A stretch of DNA of 64,000 bases, taken from NCBI GenBank assembly GCA_029953675.1, contig JAMWBK010000010.1, positions 930,001-994,000 of the forward strand, read 5' to 3'. Positions 1 to 11,241 of this stretch are shown here, piece by piece; within the stretch, counting starts at the first letter, position 1, and every line of letters begins with the position of its first letter. A model generated the notes under the pieces. That model saw only the letters and a list, made by a program, of their open reading frames with translations, did no database searches and was not told the DNA's origin. Made by a program: the position numbers and the translations under genes. The DNA comes from Rhodosorus marinus CCMP1338 (taxonomy: Eukaryota; Plantae; Rhodophyta).

Positions 1-245
1 GGAAGAATCCACGATCAGCAATCATTTTGAGCGTGTTGTCAGACAACGAAAACACCACGCACGAAATTTCGAATAAAATTAATACAGGATTTGTTGGAGT
101 TACAAAAAAACCATCAAAAATGATAGACTCGCGGTATCAGGAAGAATCCGAGATGATCAATCTATTTGAGAGTTTTTCAGACAACGAATTACTTACATGG
201 ATGAAATTTCGAATAAAATTAATAGAGGATTTTTCCTTTGTTGGA
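1..245. repeat. Imperfect direct tandem duplication (period ~140 bp), cut by the window edge
   Basis: GGAAGAATCC...TTTGAG...TCAGACAACGAA...GAAATTTCGAATAAAATTAATA(C/G)AGGATTT...GTTGGA occurs from 1 and again from 140. Confidence 0.8.
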
Positions 246-569
246 TTTCCTTATGGGGGCTGTTCCGGTGTTACGGCGTTGAGGCTCGGCCTTGCGTAAG
301 GAGTGTACTTCTCCTTAGTTTGGGGGGGGTGTTGCATAGCCTTCGAATAAAGGTTTTGGTTTTGGTTTCCGAAAAAAGCTTCAGTACTTATTGAGAGGTC
401 AGTGCAAGCCCAGGGGGACGTAAAATACTTTGAACTCTTTTTCGAACGAGGTTCGAGAGCAAACAGCTTCAAACAAATTTTCCCCATGCAACGAGATACG
501 GGAAATTTTCTCGGATATTAAGCTCGGGGTATCTACCAGGCCCGGATGTAAAGCGAGGCACCCACCCTA

Positions 570-1520
570 TTAAGCCTTTGGTCTACTGTTGTGATTTCCG
601 TAGATCGAAGTAAACCAGTCACATTGCACGCCATTTGAATCCAGTCTTAGACCAGCTACCTGGGCTGAGGATGGCATTATCACCCCGAAATACAATGATG
701 AATTTGCACCGACCACCTCCGGAACACACGCAAACATTGAGTCCCGAAGCGGTAAGATCTTCATGTCAGGGTTAAGCATCCCTGTGCAATGGGTTTCCTC
801 ATCTGTAGGGTTATAATATTTTGTCTCTCCACCGCGTATGGTCAGTCCCAGGCAAGCAACCGGTTCTAGGGACGGAATTTCCGTTATTCGATCGATTGCA
901 GTTGGCGACTCGATGGCCGGGACTTTCTCTGGCACGTTACTATCTCTGAATGCACCGGTTAGACAGCTTTTCAGCTTCAGAGTTTGCTTGTCATCTATAC
1001 ATTCGTAGGTAGCAATCATCATGCGGCGGCAATAGTCTGTGGAGACGAAGTTGATTTCGACTCCATTAAACGGCGACTTGGTCCCCCACCAGTTCTGCCC
1101 GACAACACCTGGGAGGATGAATTGACGGCCAAGCTTAGATCCGAAGTTCTCGTAGCTAATATGCAGAATTTGACCTTGTTTCTTCTTGTCAGCCATCTGC
1201 CTCCCTTCCCATATACAGCTATCAGGGTCATCATCTGGAAAAGAAACAATGTAGTGCAGCTCTCCAATGTCCACCGGTTCACCCAGCTTGCCATCCTTGA
1301 AATCTTGTCTCCAGTACTTCCCAAGCCAGCTCCCAGGCAGGATAGTCTTCATTGAGTCCCATTGGTCCCTACGAATCTCTTCTTGGGTCATCATGTTCGC
1401 AGCTGGGGAGGATGCAAGTCGCGTTCTTCCGCTCCTTTTCGTCGAGTCGCATCTGCTTAACGCAGCGTCAGAAGCCTTCGCAAAGAGCGCAGAGGTGTGT
1501 ACAATGAAACAGCTTTCCAT
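570..1520 (-). CDS. Intronless putative plastid-targeted protein, DUF3598-like (lipocalin-type beta-barrel)
   Basis: 316-aa ORF with a Ser/Ala/Arg-rich leader. QWDSMKTILPGSWLG and the C-terminal ILPLRDSMFACVPEVV...LRLDSNG resemble, from memory, cyanobacterial DUF3598 patterns. The ORF looks real; the family call is tentative. Confidence 0.55.
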   Translation of the reverse strand: MESCFIVHTSALFAKASDAALSRCDSTKRSGRTRLASSPAANMMTQEEIRRDQWDSMKTILPGSWLGKYWRQDFKDGKLGEPVDIGELHYIVSFPDDDPDSCIWEGRQMADKKKQGQILHISYENFGSKLGRQFILPGVVGQNWWGTKSPFNGVEINFVSTDYCRRMMIATYECIDDKQTLKLKSCLTGAFRDSNVPEKVPAIESPTAIDRITEIPSLEPVACLGLTIRGGETKYYNPTDEETHCTGMLNPDMKILPLRDSMFACVPEVVGANSSLYFGVIMPSSAQVAGLRLDSNGVQCDWFTSIYGNHNSRPKA

Positions 1521-3098
1521 GTCGTAAAATAACCGTCTAATTTTAATTCATGATATGCACCCTACACCAGCACCACAGTCTTTCCAAGAGTCCCACCATC
1601 CCGGTACAACCTCATCAGTCGCTTTTACCCCCCAACCTTCCATGATCGCGAAGGCTAAAGCAATTCGACGAAAAGGAGCGCAAGAACGCGACCTGCTTTG
1701 CCCAACACAGCTCCAGCCCACAAGAAACCTCAATTTCTTGGGCCTAGTTGATAAGGAAAATTTTTGTATGAAAAAAGCAAGAAAAACAGGATACCTTTTA
1801 CTCAACCTTAGATAAAATTTTAAAGTTCTTGATACCCTATCTATTTTCTCCTTGATTCAACAACGAAATTCATATAATTTGTAAGGATTGGTGAGATCAG
1901 ATCACTCTATTGGTTATTGACCTGTTGAACAAGAACTGTACGACCAACGAAGGCAAGCTTGTTGAGGATCATTCGAGACTGGGCAACTGATGACTTAGAT
2001 GATTCCGGACTAAATCGATGCTTCAGGAATGTTTAGATGGGCAGATACTAGCGCTGGACTGTCTGAAACTCTGACGTAGGGTTCTGGACGAGGTTTCCTG
2101 GCTATAGCTCTCACCCCCCCTCCCCCACACGGGATAGAAGGTAGGCAGATCTTTGGCAGGCAATGAATTTCGGTTCGAATTGTTCCTCAAATTCCGCACG
2201 CGGGAACAATCGGAACATGAGACCCTTTGGACCCTCCTGCGTTCAAACCTGCTCTTCCGAGTTCCGATGCAGCCAACCCTAGGCATACAGAAAACAGCAA
2301 GCACGGAACCCGAGGAAGCGGGACAGTCACTATGAATGAAAAAGCGGAAACCCAAGGGGAATCGAAAATCTACTCGAGCTACTACTAGCCTCTATTGTTG
2401 CCCTAGGGCTCTCATGTCCTAGGAAGCCTTCCGCTTCCGCTGAGCTCCTTCAACGAGGAAATACCCAAATCTAAACCACTCCAATCCATACATAGACTTA
2501 ATATCATAAATCTAATCCTAATATTCTATATATCAACCAAAATACAATTTATTCAGATCACTTTTACATATACTCACACCATATTTTAGAAATAAAAGAC
2601 TTAAATCCCTGAAATAGCATTTGTGCTGTTTTAATAATAACAATTCAAATGTTTGAGGACGCCGTTTGTGCTATCTGATTGTCGGTCTCTGGTCGGATGG
2701 GCTCTTCTGGATGAAGCTCGTTGAAGTCTTACCTTCCTCTGGACTGATTCCTATGTTGTCATCATTGGATAAGAATCTTCTCTATGCATGAATGGATATA
2801 GATAGTGTCTAGGAAGTGCGTCTGGGGTTGCTGGATTCGCTACCCTGGAACATCGCCCCCGAGTTCCAATTTGTTTGGCTGACTGACAATCTGGATGGTA
2901 TTCCTTTGTCGTGGATGGCGATGGGTGAAGGTTGATGAGGCGGGTATTGCCTGGAGAGTGTTGGGATCTGTCAGTGGCTCTGTATAAAACTACTTTAATG
3001 CTCCTCGTTGTTTGATTTGCTCGTTTTAACATCGTGGACTGAACTGGTAGTTTGTATTTGTAACAAGTGATCTGGTTTGTGGGAGGGGCATTGACAAG

Positions 3099-4809
<1,711 letters not shown>

Positions 4810-5154
4810 ATAGAAGCGGTTTTTGCCATAGAACTTGCCAACACCGTCCTGAAGGCGATATGCGTGCTGTGTCCCCCTCCCGTGAGCTCCGTCCTCCGCT
4901 TCAATTATTACAATCACGTCATTTTTACAAGAGGAATTCAAGCTGATCTTGTATCGCGGAGAACAGATAAACTAATTGCTTACGCGAAACAGATTGTGTG
5001 GTCCCACAGCCTCCTCTGCAGTTTGCTGCTTGTCCGGGAGCGGACACCGCTGATTCCCCCCGCCGACTTTTCTCCCCGATTCTAAGGTGCACTTGAAACT
5101 TTCAGAACTAGGTAAATCTGCACTATTTACACGTTATTTACCAATCGAGATGCA

Positions 5155-5913
5155 TTACGGTCTGTCTGAAGTTCTACTACTCTGTGAGTGGCCGTGACTT
5201 GGTGATTCGGGGCGGCTTGTAGAAGGAGTAACGTTTGACCGCGGTGTGGTTGATCTTGACAACTCCTCTACTCGACGTTTTAGAATCCTTGGAGGGAGGA
5301 GAAGCACTGGTTGTCAGCTCACGCATAGACTTCCACCCCGAACTTTTCTACAAACGTACGATTTTTCATTTCTCAGCTCATCCAGCTGCCTCTGCAGTTT
5401 GTTCACAATGCACTCTTGCTCTTGTTCTAGTTGATTTTCGATATCGACCTTTTCTTTTCTTAGCTCGTTCAGTTTGGTCTGAAGCGTGTTCGTCAAATAC
5501 TCTTCCTCCTGTTCGATTTGTCTTGCAAGCTGTTCTTTTTCGCCCGAAAGTAAGAGCAGTTTCTTGTTCAAACGATTCGTTATATTTTCTTCTTCCATTT
5601 CTATTTCCTTTTGCTGCAACGATGAAGAACGAATTCGTTTAAAAAACAATAAAAACACCTCAGAACGAGCAAGAGAGCAGAACAACTAGGCAGACAGGCA
5701 ACGAGCAAAGGAACCCCAAACCCCAGAACGTGCAAACAAGAAAAACAAAAGTTGCAACAAAACGCCACGACTTACGATCTCAGCGTTCTTATAGCGAAGC
5801 CGTTCATTCTCCTTTTCAACAAACTGTCTCCTGTCATGAACCCTCGTAAGCTCCTCCTTCAGGCTCTCCAGCTCCGAGTTCAAACTCTCAACTTCACCGG
5901 CTGTATCCATCAT
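5155..5913 (-). CDS. CCDC6/H4-like (DUF2046) coiled-coil protein
   Basis: Repeats EMEEENITNRLNKKL, EQEEEYLTNTLQTKL and EQEQECIVNKLQRQL match the CCDC6 E-x-E-E-E-x-(I/L)-x-N pattern. At least 2 introns; the 3' end is uncertain and a further exon near 4900-5083 is possible. Confidence 0.8.
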
Positions 5914-6230
5914 CACACAGTCCACCTCATTCAAACACCCCACAAAAAACCTGTCTATTTGTGGTCCTTTGATAGAAACGCCACACGCTTTTATCTAAAA
6001 ACACTCTACCGCCCGCCCTTATATAACCCTTAGCCTCCTCACCTTATATCTCTACTCCCACCCCACTTAGCCCATCCTGTTCCCACCTGCAAAAGCGTAT
6101 CTAAACAACCCCTTAGCAAGCCTTGAGATACAGTTAGCGAAAACCCTTTCACAGAGTACGATTTAGTACATCCATTGTACACTTTTAGTGAATGTATCAT
6201 CAATGATGCTCGTAAAAACTTTGGGTTTCA

Positions 6231-6650
6231 TTACAGCACGGGACAGATAAATTCCGCAAAATAATGATTGAATACCTCAATCATTTGCCGCTGATCTTGA
6301 TTGGAGTTCCGTTCGGTCAGTTGGGAACTGACTGCTTTTTGACGGTTGGTGTAAATGCACATCCCTGCTCTCCCCCTCTCAGTCCATCGGGAGTGACCTA
6401 GAGCGGACTGTAGCCACTCTAAAATGTCTGCAGTGACAACGATCGCGCGCGAACGATCATGATTGTATGCTTTCATCATCGTCATCCATTCGGCAGCAGA
6501 GGTTGTGGTGGATCTCAACGGCACCCCAGCCCAATTGGCAGGTTTGGTGAAGGCACAGGGAATAGAATAAAAGTTGGAGTTCCTTTCCAAGAACTGCTTC
6601 AGGACGATAGACCCCGCTGCTGGAGGTCCGTGAAGAGCCTCGAGGACCAA
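6231..6650 (-). pseudogene. Orphan ORF with weak resemblance to a Ty3/Gypsy RNase H-like domain
   Basis: GSIVLKQ...IPCAF...IVVTADILEWLQS...HSRW loosely follows GAVLxQ...PVAF...IVTDHxxLxWL...RW. Catalytic Asp residues are not conserved and there is no ATG start. Confidence 0.25.
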
Positions 6651-7348
6651 AGACGATGGAATACACCAACTTCAGAAAGATATTGCGGGAGAGAAGATAG
6701 ATGCTACGGCAGACGCAGGGATTCGTCCCCTACCTCAATTCACACCCAAAGAAACCCCGTTCTTTTGTTCTATTCCATATTCCTTTTTCTTCCTTTTCTA
6801 TCTACCTTCCAGTAGATTCCGAACCCTGTCGTCTACTAATATCGTTGATCTCCTTTCGGGGGAGGGGCTTAAAATAGGGCGAGCCAGAAAGCGTTTCACG
6901 GACTTCCACAGATCGTTTTAGGTAGGGGGAAAGGGGGGGGTGGTGGTTTGTACTGGAAACTTGAGAACCCCGAGGAGGTTGTCCTAGGACGTGGACAGAC
7001 TGGGCGTCACAAGGCGTGTGACTACTTGAAAATGCAGCGAACACTAGCCACAGACCACCGGCGAGCTGTGAATTTTGATGATTGGGATGATTGCGCTCTT
7101 CTGCTCACTGCTTGTGCTTTTGGATGATGGCGCTGGATGAGTGGCCCGGGCTTCAGTGGGAAGATGCAGACTTGCTGATGAGGTACCGAGATTATTTTGA
7201 CTCAGGACATCCGCGAACCTCCACCGGCAAGATCTCCCTCGGCTCCTGCATGAGTACGGACTTGAGACGATGCAGATATAATGCATTCGTGGTTTTTAAA
7301 AGGAGTACTCCGGAGATCTGCTTCGCTCGCTTCTACACAGCTTCGTTA

Positions 7349-7863
7349 CTCAGCAAGTGCACCCTCTACGGACGAAGCCTGACGAGTTCCCGAGTAATCA
7401 ATGGAGAGATCCCCGTGGTACATGTTACCAGAGAAGGCGTTACAATCCACTCGATCGCTATAGGCAACCGGCAATACATCCAGGAAGAGTCCCTGACGTG
7501 ACAATGGATGATTGAAAGTCCTTCACACTCACTTTCGCCTTTGAACTGCTCAGAAAGAAGAGACCCAGTTCGCATCTCCGAGTGAGTTTTTGGTGCTTGT
7601 TTTTGTAGTGCACGGCACTCTTCCTGGATGTATTGCCGGTTGCCTATAGGGATCGAGTGGATGGTAACGCCTTCTCTGGTAACATGTACCACGGGGATCT
7701 CTCGATTGATTATTCGGGAACTCGTCAAGGTTCGTACGTAGGGGGTGCCCTTGCTGAGTTAGTGGATAGTAACGCGTTCTCTGGTAACATGTACCACGGG
7801 GATCTCTCCATTGATTACTCGGGAAGTCGTCAGGCTTCGTCCGTAGAGGGTGCACTTGCTGAG
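7349..7863. repeat. Inverted repeat (7349-7490 vs 7617-7758) plus a 105-bp-period tandem third copy (7761-7863)
   Basis: The reverse complement of 7349-7490 matches 7617-7758 with 9 mismatches in 142 nt and 7761-7863 with 3 mismatches in 103 nt (hand alignment). Confidence 0.97.
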
Positions 7864-7905
7864 TTGTCGGATGGTAGCACATGGCCGGGAGTTTTGACAA
7901 TGTAA
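7609..7905 (+). CDS. Possible coding exon with two 35-aa repeats (VDxNAFSGNMYHGDLSIDYSGxRQxSxVxGALAEL)
   Basis: Open frame after a TTTTGTAG acceptor-like site. 5 of the 10 differences between the tandem units are synonymous in this frame. Upstream exons are not resolved. Confidence 0.3.
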   Translation, partial: CTALFLDVLPVAYRDRVDGNAFSGNMYHGDLSIDYSGTRQGSYVGGALAELVDSNAFSGNMYHGDLSIDYSGSRQASSVEGALAELSDGSTWPGVLTM

Positions 7906-8605
7906 GTGCTTACGGAGCTCCATGGTGGGATGGGGAAACCTTCTTTTCGCAATTGAGTAGCCGTTCACTTGCCGAAGAGAATCATAGCTAGCTGAATGTG
8001 CCATAGTTCTATCTATTCAAAGAAGGTGATCATCACCATATATCGGCAGAGTGTACAAGTGCTCGCCAAAAACCACCCAACACATCTTTTGTACAAATGC
8101 ACTTTAGAATACTAGTATGTACTAAAATAATCTCTAATATATTTGAAGAGGCAATAGTTATTACTTCTAGAACATAAAAAATCATGGCTAGCCTGGGACA
8201 AAACCCGCTTCCGTTGATCTTGTTTGCGGTCGGGAGTTTATTCTTTTTTGCTTTATTTTTGATCGTATGGAATAGAGTGCGTTAGGTGGGTGTTCTTTTT
8301 GGTGTCAACGGCCAAAATTCCGAACTTTATGGCCAGATAAAAGTTTTGATGTTTTTTGTTGTGGTATCGTCGATCTAGTGATTGGGGTTTGATTCGAGAT
8401 TTGGTGGATTTGGTGGATGTCTGAAGATCGGGGGGAGGGAGGGAGGGAGACTTGGGGTGTGATAGGGAAGAGAGCGAAGGTTTCATGGAAGTTATGGGAC
8501 GTCTGGGCTTTTCTTTGTAAGGTTAGAGGGCGAAATTGATTGCTTGAGAGCTGTTGTGATCCTTTTTCTCATTTTTTTCTCAGTTTCTTGAGGTTTGTGG
8601 GGGTG

Positions 8606-10421
8606 ATGGTGGGGTTTGTGGGACCTCTGGGGGTCGCGAAGCTCGGCTCTGTGGGGAGAGCTGATGAAGTCTGTAGCAGAAAGTCTGTGGTTGTTATGGG
8701 AACTGGAAACTCGTTTGGAAAGCTTTTCAAAATCTCGACTTGGGGCGAGTCTCATGGGATTGGGGTCGGTGTAACGATCGATGGATGTCCGCCGAGGCTC
8801 GAGGTCAGTCGGAAGCGGATGAAGTTTGGTAGCATTGTGCTTGGTGACTCATTAGGTATTTTCTTCCCAGGATAGTTGTCTCCTGAAGACGTGCAAAAGG
8901 AGCTTGATCGCCGCAAGCCTGGGCAGAGCAAGTTGACCACCCCAAGAAAAGAGGATGACATGGCAGAGATCCTATCCGGGGTAGTCAGCGGGAAGACAAT
9001 AGGAACCCCAATTGGGATTCTGGTCAGGAACAAGAACCAGATAGGCAAGGATTATGACAACATCGCTGTGTCATATCGACCGAGTCACGCAGATGCTACC
9101 TATGACGCGAAATACGGAATCAGAGCTGTTGCTGGAGGAGGGGTAGGTACCAGTCCACCCTGATTTTTGAGCTAGCTAGTAGCCTTTTTCCTAACATCTG
9201 GTGACTTCTTGTACTGGACTTGGTCCTTCAGAGGTCGTCGGCTAGAGAAACAATTGGCAGGGTCGCAGCTGGCGCTGTCGCTAAGAAGCTTTTAAAAGCA
9301 TACTCCGACGTGGATATTGTTGGATATGTACAGAAGGTTCAGGATATCGCGGCGACCAACATCGATGTAGACGCAGTAACTCTGGAGGATGTTGAGAGGT
9401 ATGTTTGCCTATGCGAAACGCGCTCTTTGCCAGGTAGCAGCTGAGCCTGTGCTTGCCTTGCTCGCAGCAACATCGTTCGATGTCCAGATGAGGAAGTTGC
9501 GGAGCAGATGATCGGCAGGATTGATGAAATTCGCAAAACGGGCAATTCGATAGGAGGCGTTGTTGAATGCGTAGCAAGGAATGTACCCGCAGGTCTTGGA
9601 GCTCCAGTTTTCGATAAACTCGAAGCCGAGCTCGCGAAGGTCTGTTCCGCGCGCTGAACAGGAGGTAGTTGAATGATTTCTCGGGTTGTGGAGCTGAGCA
9701 ACACCTGTTTCTGAACTCGCTTAGGCGTGCATGAGCCTGCCGGCGAGCAAAGGGTTTGAGGTTGGGAGTGGTTTTCCGGGAACTCTTTTGACTGGAATTG
9801 AACACAACGATCCTTTCTACATTGACGAGGTAAGGATCAGCCTCAATAATTTCCTCGCATATTTCACCAACCTAATGATGATGTTTATCGTTGTTTTTGC
9901 ATCTGGTTGCCAGGATGGCAGGACTCGAACCAAGACGAACAGAAGCGGAGGTATACAAGGCGGGATCTCGAATGGGGAGACCATTGTTGTCCGAGTTGCC
10001 TTCAAACCGACAAGCACAATAGCTCGGTCCCAGGAGACGGTTACTCGTGATGGAGTTGAAACGGTACGAAATAGATGGGATCCGCAGGGTGCCATTGTAC
10101 CGCTCTTGACTTTTCTCGTTGTGATTGCATGCATTTGACAGGAGCTTCTAGCGAGGGGCCGCCACGACCCGTGCGTTCTACCCCGTGCTGTGCCGATGGT
10201 AGAATCCATGGTTGCTCTGGTGCTCGCTGATCATCTCATGCAGCAGGTAAGAGAGCGTTTTCATCCTTTCGTTATGTTAGTATCTGAGCACTTATCAGAG
10301 TTTGGTGTCCCTCGATGAGTAGATCGCCCAGTGTAGCCTGCTGCCAGAGGACGAGGAAGCGGCAATAAACCCATTGGGACCGAAGCCGCAGGAGGACAGT
10401 TTTCTTTCCCGGCAACAGTGA
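8606..10421 (+). CDS. aroC: Chorismate synthase with plastid transit peptide
   Basis: Motifs [80 protein letters not shown] and [17 protein letters not shown]. Multiple GT-AG introns; last exon 10323-10421 (IAQCSLLP...). Confidence 0.97.
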
Positions 10422-10925
10422 ACAGTAAGATTCGCGAGTACGTGTTATTGTTTGTAGCAGAACCTTCAATCCGTCTTTTGCAAGCGGAAGTGGCCTGGGC
10501 TGGTGCCTCTCGTTCGAAAGCATTGCTTATGAGCAACGCTCTTCGTCGTTCGGGAGCGGATCGGCTAGGCCAAGTTTTGCCTCTCCTTCTTAGAAGAGCG
10601 CGATTCTGGACGATTAGCGCGGACGCGTCTGCACCCGCAGCCGAATATCAATGAAGCCTTCCTACGAGGAGGATCTCAAGCCATGGGATGCGGAGCGGTT
10701 GCTCATGTTGTGGAATTGAGACTGCGTCAGTAGAAAAGAACTCCGTAGTTCTGCGATAGAGCTACGCGATTTTCAAAAAAGTGACAATGAAGCCGACTGA
10801 AGATAAAACAGTTAACCTAAGTTTAGTGTACACTTTCTCTTCGTCGAAGAAATCCTGCAGTTGGTTGCAATTTCCTCGCATCTAGAATACGGTTCCATAG
10901 GGTCGTCAACACGACTCGCCTCACT

Positions 10926-10997
10926 CACGGAGGATAAAATACTAAAACAACAAAACCCGCGGAGGACAAAATACTAAACCAAAACCCACGGAGGACA
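10926..10997. repeat. Short minisatellite, about 2.4 copies of a ~30-bp unit
   Basis: C(A/G)CGGAGGA(T/C)AAAATACTAAA...CAAAACC is repeated between the converging 3' ends of aroC and the HAT gene. Confidence 0.75.
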
Positions 10998-11241
10998 GCA
11001 TCCATTAGTGCATCCTCTTTCGGGCGTTTAGAAAAAAGGTATTAGTTTTCTCCGGCGGTAATCGGGTAAAATCAACGGCGTCTCCACTGTCCGCTTGCAA
11101 TTGTCCTACTCAACGAAGAATGAGCTGCCCATAGTGTGCGGTCGTAACATACACGAAAAAAGCAGTCAGTTCGTGAGGTGGAAACAACCAGCCAACAGCC
11201 ATTGCATTATGACATCACGCTGCCCAGTCGTAGCCAGCTGC

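Noticed and set aside
8485-8520. 11-aa uORF (MEVMGRLGFSL) upstream of aroC
   Set aside because: The TSS is unknown and such short ORFs are expected by chance.
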